From assembly GCA_965224025.1 (NCBI GenBank), contig OZ245033.1, positions 800,001 to 864,000 of the forward strand: a DNA stretch of 64,000 nucleotides. The letters run 5' to 3'. The notes under the pieces are model-generated. The model did not search any database. It had not been told where the DNA came from and worked only from the letters and a program-made list of their open reading frames with translations. The translations under genes were made by a program, and so were the position numbers. Origin of the DNA: Candidatus Multivorans sp. (GTDB lineage Bacteria; Acidobacteriota; Thermoanaerobaculia; Multivoradales; Multivoraceae). Positions 53,603-64,000 of this stretch are shown here, in pieces (positions within the stretch are counted from its first letter, which is position 1; every line of letters begins with the position of its first letter).

Positions 53603-56113
53603 TCAGGCACCGCCACCGAGCAGGCGGGAGATCAGCAGATCGAGGTCGGCGCTGCTGCCCACCCCGCCGACCTCGACGGTGATCAGCACGCTGTGCTCGG
53701 TGCCGACAGCGACGCCGCTGCCCTCCGGCTCCTGGACCGGCAGCAGGAGTTCACCGGCGCCCGTGGCTGTGACGGCATCGGGTAGCGTGGCGCCGGTCGA
53801 GAAGTCGACATCGAGGCCGTCGAACAGCGAGCCGGGGGCACCGACGAGTCGGTCTGGCCGCACGCGGTCCTGAACGAAGCGCACGCCCAGCCGGCGGAGA
53901 AAGTCACTCCCGTCGAGATCCCGGGCCGCGTTCTGCCCGGCCAGGATCAAGCGCCCCACCTCGAGGAACCGACTCAGCAAGCGCTCTTCGGTCTCCGACA
54001 GCGTCTGGTACGCCTCTTCCCCCTTGATCCACAGCACGGTTTCGTAGCGCAGCAGGTCGGGGAGGGGAACGCGCGGCTCGGGCCAGTGGGACAGCAGGTC
54101 GAACGGCATGCCGAGACGCTCGAGGCCCTTCGTCCATTCCGTCTCGTAGAACCCTCCGCCGTCGTCATCCACCAGGAGGAGCCGGCTGCCCCACACGGGA
54201 AGCTCGAGCTTCAGCTCCCGGCGGCCCGCCGTGCCGAGGTTCACCACCAGGGTCAGCGGGACTCGTGAGCCAGGCTCTGCTTCGGCAGAGATGTCCAGCG
54301 TGAAGGAGACGGTCTGGCCCTGATCGAGCAGCTCGAGCCGCTGGCGCGGCCGCGGGATCGAGACCACGTCGTCAGCGGCGACAAGCTCCAGCTCCGTGCC
54401 GCGGTCGGGACCGCCGGGATTCTCGACATCGAGCTCCACCACCACCCGACTGCCCGGATGGAGCAGCCGGGCGCTCCCAACTTCACCAGGCTCGTCGGCG
54501 TCCGCCGCACCCGTCTCGGGCGGCCGGAAGCGGATCGCCGTCAGACGTGGCAGCGGCAGGCTCCCCAGCATGATGGCGTCGTACGCCTGCACCAGACCGG
54601 CGCCGGTGTAGGGATCGGTGCCGATCTCGCCGATGTCCCGACTGCTGCGGATCAGGCGATCGCGAATCTGATCGGGCATCAGCTCCGGCTCGTGCTCCAG
54701 CATCAGGGCGACGACCCCGGCCATGTGGGGCGAGGTGAGCGAACTGCCCGCCTGGTTGCCGAGCACCTCGTACCCGCGCAGCCGGAAGTGGACGGTGGGG
54801 AAGTTGCCCCACGGCGCGCTCAGCGCCACCACTCCCGTCACGCCCTCGGGGAGTGGATAGTCGTCGAACGGCGGCACGTCGACCCAGGTCACCGGTCCGC
54901 GGCTGCTCAGCGGCGGCAGGGAACCGTCCTTCATGAGGCCGCCGGTGGCGATCACGGCCGGCACGTTCGCCGGCGGCAGGATCTGCCGCGGCACCGGATA
55001 GGCGCCGCGCCAGTTGCCGGTTCCCGCAACCATCACGACTCCGGCCGCCACCGCGTTCGTGGCGGCGTGGCGCCAGGCGGCGTCGAGCGGTTTTTCCGCC
55101 GGCTCCCAACTGAAGCTCATGTTGATGACGTGCGCTCCTTCGACCACTGCGTACTGGAGCGCCTCGAAGGCGTCGTACTGAAACGCCCGCCAGAGGGTGC
55201 GGTTGTCGTGGCGGGTGCGCTGGTCGTACATGCGCAGCGTCATCAACTGGGCGGCCGGAGCGATGCCGGTGAGCATGCCGGAGCGGCCGTCGCCCACCAT
55301 CACACTGGCCGACGAGTTGCCGTGGAAGAAGTCGTCCTCGATGTTGCCGTTGCCGTTGGCGAAGTTGAAGCCGTAGATGTCGTCGACGTAGCCGTTGCCG
55401 TCGTCGTCCTCGAGGTTGCGCTCCACCTCGCCATCGTTGCGCCACAGGTGATAGCGGAAATCGGCGTGGCGATAGTTGACGCCGCTGTCCATGATCGCGA
55501 CCACCACTCCGCGCCCGAGGAGCCCGAGCCGCGACCACACCTGGTTCGCCTGAATGCTGGTGAGGTTCCACGACAGCTCTTCGTGGGCCAACACGTCATC
55601 GATCGTGACGGCCTTGCCCGCCGGTTGCTCGAAGGACCGCGTGTACTTGCCCTCGGTGGCGATGAGGTCCTCGGGCTTCTCGGTGCGCAGATACACCCTC
55701 GCCACGCGCGGCGACCGCCCGAGCCACTCGATTCCGGGCCGGTCGAGCTTCAGGCCGAGTCCGTTGACGATCCAGAAACGGCGCGTTGCCGCGGAGCGGT
55801 GCCCTGCGGCTTCGAACTCGTCCAGGAGTGCGTCCTGCGACCTGCCGGCAAGGGCCTGGAGCTCGTCGATCGCCGATCGGCGCCAGGTAGCCTTCCGGAA
55901 GTCGGTCTCACGCCTCCAGCTCCGCTCGTCCAGCCCGGACTGCTCGCGCAGGAGCACGAACAGCGGGATGGCGTTCTCCGTCTCCTCCAGGGCTTGTATG
56001 AGATCGGCGTCGAGCCGCTCGTGGTCCGGCTCCTGCGCGGCGGGCCGGCCGGCGATGGCGCCGCACAGAGCCCAGGCGAGGGCGATGGCCAAGGTGTTCC
56101 GCTTCGTGCTCAC
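53603..56113 (-). CDS. S8 (subtilisin-like) serine peptidase with C-terminal extra domains
   Basis: VAIMDSG, DDDGNGYVDD, FHGN, GSSLTSPHMAG, LLVDDDGG motifs. Confidence 0.88.
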   Translation of the reverse strand: MSTKRNTLAIALAWALCGAIAGRPAAQEPDHERLDADLIQALEETENAIPLFVLLREQSGLDERSWRRETDFRKATWRRSAIDELQALAGRSQDALLDEFEAAGHRSAATRRFWIVNGLGLKLDRPGIEWLGRSPRVARVYLRTEKPEDLIATEGKYTRSFEQPAGKAVTIDDVLAHEELSWNLTSIQANQVWSRLGLLGRGVVVAIMDSGVNYRHADFRYHLWRNDGEVERNLEDDDGNGYVDDIYGFNFANGNGNIEDDFFHGNSSASVMVGDGRSGMLTGIAPAAQLMTLRMYDQRTRHDNRTLWRAFQYDAFEALQYAVVEGAHVINMSFSWEPAEKPLDAAWRHAATNAVAAGVVMVAGTGNWRGAYPVPRQILPPANVPAVIATGGLMKDGSLPPLSSRGPVTWVDVPPFDDYPLPEGVTGVVALSAPWGNFPTVHFRLRGYEVLGNQAGSSLTSPHMAGVVALMLEHEPELMPDQIRDRLIRSSRDIGEIGTDPYTGAGLVQAYDAIMLGSLPLPRLTAIRFRPPETGAADADEPGEVGSARLLHPGSRVVVELDVENPGGPDRGTELELVAADDVVSIPRPRQRLELLDQGQTVSFTLDISAEAEPGSRVPLTLVVNLGTAGRRELKLELPVWGSRLLLVDDDGGGFYETEWTKGLERLGMPFDLLSHWPEPRVPLPDLLRYETVLWIKGEEAYQTLSETEERLLSRFLEVGRLILAGQNAARDLDGSDFLRRLGVRFVQDRVRPDRLVGAPGSLFDGLDVDFSTGATLPDAVTATGAGELLLPVQEPEGSGVAVGTEHSVLITVEVGGVGSSADLDLLISRLLGGGA

Positions 56114-58077
56114 GACGCCCCGATGCGCAGCACGAGGTGGCTGCGAAGACGGTCGAGGAGTGCCTCGATGCGCTCCCGGTCGACGCCGGCCTCGACCAGC
56201 CGGCGGATGAGTTCACGCGGTTGCGACTCGGCGGCGTCGAACACGAGGGCGACGTCGGCTTCGGGGTCCAGGAGCGGCTCGGACAGCTCGCTCGCCGCCG
56301 TCACGCGCACCAACACCGGGGCTCCCTTGAGGTCGCCGGGGCCGAGGAACAGTACGCGCAGGGGCGCCCCCTCCTCGCGGTCGGACAGCTCTCCCGGCTC
56401 GCTTACCACCCTGACCGACGCCGGTACGCTCGCCCGCAGGGCTTCCGTCTGCCGCTGCCCGGCCGGCTCAACGAGCACGAGATCGAAGCCTCGGGTCCGT
56501 AGCGTCTCCCAGGCTACCGGCTCGTCACCGGGTTTGACGATGCCGGTGACGAAGCCGTACCGCCAGAGATAGCGCGCCAGACGGCCGGAGGTGTCGTAGG
56601 AACCGGCCGCGACGTCGGCCGCTGCGCGCAGCGCCTGATCAGAGAAGTGTCCAACGACGCGCAGCATCTCGGGTGAGATCGTGCCGGCGTCGTCCTCCGG
56701 GGTGTGCACGTACGGCTGCGGGGCGTCGGCATGGGCGAAGAGCGCCGGAATGCCCTGAATCTGGAAGCTCCAGCCGTCACTGCCCCCGGCGCCGCGCAAC
56801 GTGAAGTGGGCGAAGAGTTCCTCTGCAACGCCCGCGCGCACCAGCGCGAGTTCCTCCGGAAAGTTGTGCGCGCCGAAGAGACGGAAGCGGTCTTCTCCCA
56901 CCCCTACGTTGTCCAGGGTCAAGGTCAAGACGATCTTGTCCAGCGGCCATCGAGCCTGTTCGAGAAAACGGCTCGATCCCCAGACCCCCTGCTCCTCGGC
57001 GCCCCACAGGGCAAACATCACCGAGCGGGCGGAAGGTCCCTCCGCCGCCATCACCCTGGCCAACTCGAGTACGGCCGCGGTACCCGACGCGTTGTCCTCG
57101 GCGCCGTTGTAGACGGTACCGTCCGGATCCCTGCCGCCGCCGTCGTAGTGGGCCCCCACCAGCACCAGCTCGTCGGCAAGTTCGGGGTCGCTGCCCTCGA
57201 GCAGGCCGAGGACGTTCGCCCCGACCTTCTCGGTGACGTACTCCACGCCCACCTGCCAGGCCACCGTCTTGCCGGTGTGGTACGACGCGTGCTCCCCCCG
57301 GTCGATACGCTGCTTGAGCGCGACGCCCTGGCCGTCGAGGAGATCCTGGGCGACGGCGACGTTGACCTTCGCGAGGAAGAAGCCGGGAAGATAGTTGCGG
57401 GGACGGAAGACCCAGATCCGCATCCGGTCCAGTTCCACGCCCGCGCCCGGATCGGAGACGAGGAGCAGGCCCGCGGCGCCGAGCTCCCGAGCCCGTTTCG
57501 CCTTGTTCATGTGGGCGGCCAGCCGACGCTCGAGCTTGCTGTGCGGCGGCATGCCGTCCATCGCCAGTAGTACTTTGCCCCGGACCTCGACGCCCTCGAG
57601 TTCGTCGAGCTTCGAGGTCGCCAGACCGTAGCCCACGAACACCACCTCGGCCTCGCCGCTCGTGGCCGAGGAACCATTGAGGAAGAAGTAATCCTCGCCG
57701 TAGACCAGCTCCTTCCTGCCCCGGCTCGGCTTTCGTGGCGCTTCGGTTGCGTCCGCTGCCGCGTTGGGAGCGGCCGAGTCGATGGCGAGCCGAACCGGCT
57801 GCACGAAGCGGTAGAACGGAAAGGTGAAGCGGTGCAGGTACGAGCCGTCGTCGCCGGCCGGCTCGAGCCCCGACTGCTCGAAGGCCTCGGCGATCAGCCG
57901 CGCTGCTTTATCCCCGCCGGAGGTGCCGGTCCGCCGGCCATCGAGCCGGTCGGCCGCCAGCGTCTCGACCCAGGCGTGGGCGCGCCCGGCCTCGAACTCC
58001 CCTGCCCGGCGCTGGCAGGCGGGTGGCAAGGTCGCGAGCAACGCGACAAGCAGCACCCCGTGAGACCGTGTTCTCAT
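56110..58077 (-). CDS. M28 family metallopeptidase with PA domain, putative lipoprotein
   Basis: GAHYD, GAEDNASG, AEEQG, SD, HTPED motifs. Confidence 0.9.
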   Translation of the reverse strand: MRTRSHGVLLVALLATLPPACQRRAGEFEAGRAHAWVETLAADRLDGRRTGTSGGDKAARLIAEAFEQSGLEPAGDDGSYLHRFTFPFYRFVQPVRLAIDSAAPNAAADATEAPRKPSRGRKELVYGEDYFFLNGSSATSGEAEVVFVGYGLATSKLDELEGVEVRGKVLLAMDGMPPHSKLERRLAAHMNKAKRARELGAAGLLLVSDPGAGVELDRMRIWVFRPRNYLPGFFLAKVNVAVAQDLLDGQGVALKQRIDRGEHASYHTGKTVAWQVGVEYVTEKVGANVLGLLEGSDPELADELVLVGAHYDGGGRDPDGTVYNGAEDNASGTAAVLELARVMAAEGPSARSVMFALWGAEEQGVWGSSRFLEQARWPLDKIVLTLTLDNVGVGEDRFRLFGAHNFPEELALVRAGVAEELFAHFTLRGAGGSDGWSFQIQGIPALFAHADAPQPYVHTPEDDAGTISPEMLRVVGHFSDQALRAAADVAAGSYDTSGRLARYLWRYGFVTGIVKPGDEPVAWETLRTRGFDLVLVEPAGQRQTEALRASVPASVRVVSEPGELSDREEGAPLRVLFLGPGDLKGAPVLVRVTAASELSEPLLDPEADVALVFDAAESQPRELIRRLVEAGVDRERIEALLDRLRSHLVLRIGAS

Positions 58078-58078
58078 G

Positions 58079-60160
58079 TCAGTCCTTCCACTGCATCAGA
58101 TCGACAGACACGAGGTCTTCCAGAAAGCGCGAAACGCCGGCCAGCTCGACGGTGCCGAGGTCGGCGGCCACCGCGGCCCTGATCTCCGTCGCGGTGCGGC
58201 GGCCGTCGGCGAAATTTAGGATCGCGTCCCGCCGCATGGCGTCGAGGCCTCCCTGCTGATACCACGCCCGGCGCGAGTCGGGGAGTCGCTCCAGAACGAA
58301 GGCGAAGCGCAACGTGCCGAAGAATGTACGCACCGGCACCCGGCTGCCCGCCGCGGTGGCCGTCGAAGCCGCCTCCGACTCGACGGGCAACCCCCGCAGC
58401 GTTGCCTCGTCGACGTAGGCGCGACGCAGCAGACGCCGACCGTTGACGGACTGCCGCTGCAGCGCTTCCTCGAGCCCGGATATCCGCCGCTCGCCGGCGG
58501 GATTCATCCCCAGGCGCCGTACCGAGCCCACCGATTCCACCGCGTGCAGGGCTGTGTGGCGCAGACGGTTGTCCTCGACACGCCAGACCGCGTCCAGCTC
58601 GGTCACGGTTGCGAGCCGGTTGAGCGCGGTGGCCAGCCCGGTGCTGAATCGCGCCGCCGACGCTCCCCAGACGAGCTGCGCGAGGGGAACTGTGTCCCTG
58701 GGCCCGGCGTCGGCAAGGAAGGCGACCGTGGCGGCGGTGACGTAACCCGCCCGCATCAAGGTGGTGGCATCGATGTGATCGGCGGTGTCCTCGTTCGAGT
58801 GGTAGAAGTTGTCGGGGAAGGTGCCCAGCATGACCGCCGGCACGGCGACCGTGCTGTCGACGAAGTGCGCGTGGTCACTGATGACTCCGCTGTACGCCAC
58901 CTCTTCGAAGTGGAACGGGTTGCGTGAGCCCCAGCGCGACCGGTACTGCTCACGGGCCACCTCTTCGAGCAGGCTCTTCACCAGGTCCGGCAGGTAGGAG
59001 GGGAGAAAGCCTGGTGTTCGCGTGAGTTGGAAGATCGATCCCGATTCCGCCTGGTCCGCTCCCACCATGTCGTTGTTCATGACGGCGATGCCGCGACGGT
59101 TCCAGTCCCGGTTGAGGTGGAGGAAGATCTGCGTGCCGCGGTGCTCGGGGACCCACAGGAACCGGACTGTGCGACGGGGCGCCAGCAGGTCCCGCTCGAT
59201 GAGGCGGCGCAGCACCTTGGCAACCTCCAGGCTGAGGCCGGAGCCGCTCGCGTTGTCGTTGGCGCCCGGGCGATGATGGTTGAGGTGCGCGATGACCAAT
59301 ACCTCTTCCTCGGCGAGGTCGGTGCCGCGAATGGCCGCGCTGAGGACCTCGTACTCTCCATCCTCCAGGGCGGCATCGATCCTGGCGTGCAGCCGCACCG
59401 GTCCACGCTCCAGCCGGCGGAGGAGCTCCGCGGCCATCCGCTTCGAGATCGAGAATGCGCTTCGCCTCGGCTCCAGGCTCTGCGGCACCGCCTGCCACGC
59501 CACCTGGTCGGGGAACGGGCTACGGTCGGGAAGGTAGTTCCCCCAGTGAGAGACGACCCCCAGGATCTCGAAGCGCCCCTCGGCGAAGGCGAACACGGAC
59601 GAAGCGGTGGAGGAAGCGAGAACGAGCTTCCCGTCCACGTCCTTGCCGGCCCACTCGGCCTCGTCGAGCCCGGTCCCGACGTCCACTAGTTCGGCCACCG
59701 AGTCGACGCCGGAGGAGTACTTGACGATGCAGGTCGGGACGTCGAGGTAGCGGCAGACCGGCTCCCCGCTGTCCGCGTAGGTGAGCGAGCCCCCGCCGAG
59801 ACGCCAGGCCCAGGAGGCGGTGTAGGTGTCGAGGACCGGACTCCTTCCGTCGGCCGGGTACCGGATCACCTGGATGTCCTCCAGGCCTACCTTGGCCGCC
59901 TCGGCACGCACGTACTCCACGGCCCGATGGAAGCCCTCGGTCGTGGACGTGCGGTCGTAGGTGGACAGTTGCCATACGTGATCGAGCGCCACCTGCCCCT
60001 GGAGCTCGTCGCGAATCAGACCACGAACCTCCGCCGAGACCGGCGAGCCGTCGACCCCCTCCGCCAGGGCAAGGGGCAGCGATGCGAACAGCGCCGTCGA
60101 GAGCACGGCGAGGGCCGCGCCAACGCTCGCCCGTCGTTGCGCCGAGGCCATGCACAACAT
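58079..60160 (-). CDS. M28 / DUF4910-like metallopeptidase
   Basis: AHLNH..PGANDNASG, RFLWVPE, NNDMVG, SDH, YHSNED motifs. Confidence 0.88.
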   Translation of the reverse strand: MLCMASAQRRASVGAALAVLSTALFASLPLALAEGVDGSPVSAEVRGLIRDELQGQVALDHVWQLSTYDRTSTTEGFHRAVEYVRAEAAKVGLEDIQVIRYPADGRSPVLDTYTASWAWRLGGGSLTYADSGEPVCRYLDVPTCIVKYSSGVDSVAELVDVGTGLDEAEWAGKDVDGKLVLASSTASSVFAFAEGRFEILGVVSHWGNYLPDRSPFPDQVAWQAVPQSLEPRRSAFSISKRMAAELLRRLERGPVRLHARIDAALEDGEYEVLSAAIRGTDLAEEEVLVIAHLNHHRPGANDNASGSGLSLEVAKVLRRLIERDLLAPRRTVRFLWVPEHRGTQIFLHLNRDWNRRGIAVMNNDMVGADQAESGSIFQLTRTPGFLPSYLPDLVKSLLEEVAREQYRSRWGSRNPFHFEEVAYSGVISDHAHFVDSTVAVPAVMLGTFPDNFYHSNEDTADHIDATTLMRAGYVTAATVAFLADAGPRDTVPLAQLVWGASAARFSTGLATALNRLATVTELDAVWRVEDNRLRHTALHAVESVGSVRRLGMNPAGERRISGLEEALQRQSVNGRRLLRRAYVDEATLRGLPVESEAASTATAAGSRVPVRTFFGTLRFAFVLERLPDSRRAWYQQGGLDAMRRDAILNFADGRRTATEIRAAVAADLGTVELAGVSRFLEDLVSVDLMQWKD

Positions 60161-60272
60161 CGTGACGGCGCGCCGTCCTCAAGTCTCTAAGCCGTCTCGA
60201 AAGAAACCCAAAAGATCGTCGAAAGAGACCGACCTCCGCGGCTGCCCCGGCGACGCCGGGGCGGGTTCCTCG

Positions 60273-62741
60273 CTAGTGCTCGAGATGGGTTTCGAACAGT
60301 CCGAGAATGCGCCGGAAACGGTCCAGCCAACTGGTTGGATGCACGAAGCCGTGAGACTCCAGCGGGTAGACGGCCAGCTCCCAGTCCTTCTTCTCGAGTT
60401 CGATCAGACGCTGCACCAACTGGATGGTGTCCTGAAAGTGAACAGTGCGGTCCACCATCCCATGACTGATCAGGAGCGGGCGCTCCAGTCCCGCGGCGTA
60501 CTCGATCGGGGAACTTCGACGGTAAGCCTCCGGGTCGAGCTCCGGTGGGTTGAGGATGTCCGAGGTCCATGGGTAGTTGTAGTGCCCCCAGTCGGTCACG
60601 GGGTTGATCGCAACTCCCGCGGCGAAGAGCTGGGGCCTCTTGAACATGGCCATGAGCGTCAGGAAGCCACCGTACGAGTCGCCGTAGAGGCCGATGCGCC
60701 GGCGGTCGACGCCATGGTTGCGGACGAGCCAGTCGACCCCGACCTCGAGGTCCTGGACCTCCGGCTCTCCCATGTGCCGGTAGATCGCCGTGCGCCAGTC
60801 TCGTCCGTATCCCCGGGACGCCCGGTAGTCCATCTCGAGCACCACGTAGCCTCGCTGGACCAGCAGACTGTGGAACATGAACTCTCTCGCGTACCACGGT
60901 TCCCAGCCTGCATGGGCGTTCTGGAAGTAGCCGGCCGCGTGCACGAGGAACACGGCCGGCGGGGGAGAGGCACTCGCGGGCTGTTCGGAGCGGTAGAGCC
61001 GGGCGTAGATGGGACGCTCGGTGTGCGGCGAGGGAATCGCCACCAGCTCCGGCACGACCCACGGCGTCTCGAGAAACGCCTGGCTGGTCGTGTGGGTCAA
61101 CTGCCGCGCGGTGGCGCCGGCCTCGGCTCGCTGCACGTACAGCTCCGCCGGGCGGTTGGAGCGCGTCACGGTGAGCAGGAGCCTCTGACCGTCCGGCGAG
61201 ACGGCGAAGGTGGTCACGCCGCCGAAATCGGTCAGCCGTTCGACCTGCCCGCTGGACACGTCGGCCCGGTAGACCTCCCAGACGCCGGGGTGCTCGCGAT
61301 TGGCGGTGAAGTAGAGGTGGCGGCCATCACGGCTGAGGGTGGGCCTCGAGACCGTGTACGTTCCCTCCGTGAGTCTGCGTCGATCCCCCCCGTCGAGCGG
61401 ATGCAGAACCAGATGGGAGTAGCCGCTCTCCTCGGAGAGATAGAACAGGGTGCGACCGTCCCTCAGCCAGCCGACGTCCCGGAACACGCGGGTGACCCAC
61501 GCAGGATCGTGCATTCTCACGATCGGGACCACTCGACGCGACTCGAGGTCGATCTCGGCGATCCACCGGTCCTTGCAGTCTAGGGAGAACAGTTGCACCA
61601 CCACCCGCTCGCCGTCGTCGGACCAGAGGATGTTCCAGAAGTGGACCGGTCGCTGCCGAGCGCTTGCCGTCGCCTCGCCGCCGGCGGCGACGGCCTGAGC
61701 TCCCTCGCCCGCCTCGCTGCGCTCGGCGGCCGCTCGCCGCAGGTCCGCCAGCGGGTCCTCGTCCATGCCGGGGAGCGAGCTCAGGTCGAGGGCGACCCGC
61801 TCGTGGGAGGAGCGGTCGAGAAGCCACAGGGTCTCTTCCCGCTCCTCGAAGTCCTCCGCCTTCGGACGCCCCGGATCGGAGGCGACGTGGCCGCTGTCGG
61901 TCACGTAGCGCGGGACCATCTCCGGCAGGCGCGGCTTGGCGGCCTTGCTGGCGGTGGTGAGGAGGAGCCACCGTTCGTCCGGTGAGATCGAGAGGCGGTG
62001 CACCTCGACGTCGTCTCCCAGGTACCAGGCGGGGTCGGCCAGCGTGGAGTCCTTGCGTCGTTCATCCTGCTCGCGGTCGCGCGCCAGCCTCGTCTCGTCC
62101 CGTTGGACCCGGAGCACGTCGAACAGCCGCCGTTGCCGGCGCTCCACGTGCCCGGCCTGCTGCTGCTGTTCCCGCTCGACCTCCACCGGATCCCGTTCGA
62201 GCAGCAGGACGAACGGCTCCTCTTCCAGGCCGCTCGCGAGATCCCGCACCAGCAGACGAGCGCCTCGGCGGTAGGCGACCCGTTGCTGGGTGAGCGGCCA
62301 CGGATCGCTCTCGGTTTCGTGGGTGCGGGTGAGCTGCCGTCTCCGGCCGTTGACGAGGTCGCGGGCCCAGATGTCCCCCTCTCGGGCGTAGACCTTGAGG
62401 CGTCGGTCGCGGCTGAGCCTGCCGCCTCCGGCGTCGACGCCGCCCCGCTCCCCGAGCGGGACCACGCGCGTCTCTCCCGTCTCGAGCTCGAGCTCGACGA
62501 GGTCGCGGCCGCGCTCGCCCGTGAGTTTCTGGAAGTAGAAGACGGAGGCGCCGTCCTCTGCCCAGTAGGCCCTTTCGGGCGCGTTTCCCAGCCAGTCGAG
62601 GTCGGACGCGATCCGCTCGAGCGTGAGCGGCTCGGCAGCGGACTCACTACTCGGCTGGGATTGAGCCTCCCGCGCGAACAGGCAGAGGCACAGGACAGCG
62701 CCGAGCGCCGCCGTCGTCGCACGGGCTCCCGATCGCCTCAC
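60273..62741 (-). CDS. S9 family (DPP IV-like) peptidase, secreted
   Basis: Propeller repeats, GDSYGG nucleophile, HGMVD, ESHGF; GTGA overlap with the upstream gene. Confidence 0.9.
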   Translation of the reverse strand: MRRSGARATTAALGAVLCLCLFAREAQSQPSSESAAEPLTLERIASDLDWLGNAPERAYWAEDGASVFYFQKLTGERGRDLVELELETGETRVVPLGERGGVDAGGGRLSRDRRLKVYAREGDIWARDLVNGRRRQLTRTHETESDPWPLTQQRVAYRRGARLLVRDLASGLEEEPFVLLLERDPVEVEREQQQQAGHVERRQRRLFDVLRVQRDETRLARDREQDERRKDSTLADPAWYLGDDVEVHRLSISPDERWLLLTTASKAAKPRLPEMVPRYVTDSGHVASDPGRPKAEDFEEREETLWLLDRSSHERVALDLSSLPGMDEDPLADLRRAAAERSEAGEGAQAVAAGGEATASARQRPVHFWNILWSDDGERVVVQLFSLDCKDRWIAEIDLESRRVVPIVRMHDPAWVTRVFRDVGWLRDGRTLFYLSEESGYSHLVLHPLDGGDRRRLTEGTYTVSRPTLSRDGRHLYFTANREHPGVWEVYRADVSSGQVERLTDFGGVTTFAVSPDGQRLLLTVTRSNRPAELYVQRAEAGATARQLTHTTSQAFLETPWVVPELVAIPSPHTERPIYARLYRSEQPASASPPPAVFLVHAAGYFQNAHAGWEPWYAREFMFHSLLVQRGYVVLEMDYRASRGYGRDWRTAIYRHMGEPEVQDLEVGVDWLVRNHGVDRRRIGLYGDSYGGFLTLMAMFKRPQLFAAGVAINPVTDWGHYNYPWTSDILNPPELDPEAYRRSSPIEYAAGLERPLLISHGMVDRTVHFQDTIQLVQRLIELEKKDWELAVYPLESHGFVHPTSWLDRFRRILGLFETHLEH

Positions 62742-64000
62742 AACCGTCTCTCCAGCGTAACCAGGCCGTGCCGCTCCAGAATCCGCACCAGACGCAGAAC
62801 GTCGCTCATCGAAATCCGGCGAGAGTCCAGGGAGAAGTCCTCCACCCTCCCGACGCCGTGGGCGTCGAGCCCGAAGTCGAACGCTTCGGCGCTCAGCGCG
62901 TCCCGGATGTCGAGCAGGGAGCGCTTGCCGTCCATGAAGTTGAGCAGCTCCGAAATCCGAATGTAGGAGTAGGGCAGGCGGCGCCTCAGACCCTCGAGCC
63001 ACTCCCGGTCGGTCTCCTCGACATCTTCCTGCAGGAGCTCGTCGCGCCATCGCTCGTTGAGGAGCGGCCTCCCCCGTCGCGGCACCAGGTCCGCGGCCGT
63101 CCGCTCGTCCGCGTCGAGGGGACGCACACCCGGCGGCTCGCCGGCGACCGCCTCGTAGGCCTGGGCCAGCGCGCCGCCCAGGGCCTCGAGCTGCCGGTCG
63201 ACGGCGCCGGCGAGGTCGTCGAGGTGCGGGTCGAGTCCGTTTGCCAGCTCTCCGACGGCACGCAGTGCGCGCCGTTCCCGGGCGCCGTAGTGAACCAGCT
63301 TCCGCTCGGCGAGCCAATACGCCTCCGTGAGCTGGTCCCCTCGCACCGAGCCGAGCAGGGCCAGCCCCTCCCGGGCGGCCCCGGCGAGTCGGCCCGTTCC
63401 CTCGGCGAACACTTCCCACGCGATCCGTCGCGCCTCAGCCTCGCCCGCCGTAGCCAGCAGGTAGGCGGCCCCCGCCGCAATGATCCCGGCGCGCTCGAGG
63501 TTGGTTGGGTCCACCTTGTCCGGGGCGTCCAGATTGGTGTGGTGGAAGGGATCCGGACCCGAGTGAAGGAACACGGTCGGAATGGCCAGGGCGCCGTCGT
63601 TGAGGATGTAGTGGTCGCTGTCCGGACTCCACGGTTTCACGCGGACGTTCAATACCGAGTCGGAGCCGGTCGGGGCCCGGAGCGGCACGCCGTCCAGCCA
63701 GCGTGTCAGGTTCGTCACGACATCGAGAAAGTAGGAGGGCATGGAGTCCGGGGGACGGCGGATGTTGAACGGTCCGTTGCCGGCATGGGGACCCTCTCCC
63801 ACCATGTCGAGGTTGATCGCTGCGATCACCCGGTCAGCCAGATCGGGGTGAGCGTCGAAGAAGGCGTAGGTTCCGGCCCCCTCGGTCATCCACAGGAAGC
63901 GGATCGTTCGCGCCGGAGGCTCGATCAGCCCGGCGTCGATCAGGCGGTGGAGGGTGCGGGCGATCTCAAGCAGCAGGCCGCTGCCGCTGGCGTTGTCGTT
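62738..64000 (-). CDS. M28 / DUF4910-like metallopeptidase, 5' end outside window
   Basis: NDNASGSG, RFLW.TE, NLDMVG, SDH, HHT..D motifs; paralog of 58079-60160. Confidence 0.88.
   Translation of the reverse strand, partial: NDNASGSGLLLEIARTLHRLIDAGLIEPPARTIRFLWMTEGAGTYAFFDAHPDLADRVIAAINLDMVGEGPHAGNGPFNIRRPPDSMPSYFLDVVTNLTRWLDGVPLRAPTGSDSVLNVRVKPWSPDSDHYILNDGALAIPTVFLHSGPDPFHHTNLDAPDKVDPTNLERAGIIAAGAAYLLATAGEAEARRIAWEVFAEGTGRLAGAAREGLALLGSVRGDQLTEAYWLAERKLVHYGARERRALRAVGELANGLDPHLDDLAGAVDRQLEALGGALAQAYEAVAGEPPGVRPLDADERTAADLVPRRGRPLLNERWRDELLQEDVEETDREWLEGLRRRLPYSYIRISELLNFMDGKRSLLDIRDALSAEAFDFGLDAHGVGRVEDFSLDSRRISMSDVLRLVRILERHGLVTLERRL

Noticed and set aside
60273-63419. 1048-aa version of the S9 ORF
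   Set aside because: The extension overlaps the upstream M28 gene; the GTG at 62741 precedes a signal peptide

Overview
High-GC bacterial chromosomal window. Several Oar-type TonB-dependent receptors, wHTH-PD40 proteins and sulfatases suggest Acidobacteriota, but this is inference only. It is an eroding accessory region. It carries intact metabolic genes (katG, iorAB-like molybdoenzyme, acyl-CoA ligase, aldo/keto reductase, two sulfatases, a serine dehydratase/D-aminoacylase/serine hydrolase operon) and many pseudogenes and deletion chimeras. It also carries several toxin-antitoxin modules, a Shedu-like (DUF4263) nuclease, five IS elements (IS3 x2, ISL3, IS110, IS1634), and a wHTH sensor plus TonB receptor facing an operon of at least five peptidases. 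The best signal is the IS110 element at 27740-29451. Its non-coding left end contains a bridge-RNA-like structure whose four guide segments can be read directly against its own ends and its insertion site. It has a CC core, a promoter that would form only on circularisation, and a REP-like target that has empty copies elsewhere in the window. All family assignments are from motif recognition by eye, with no database search.
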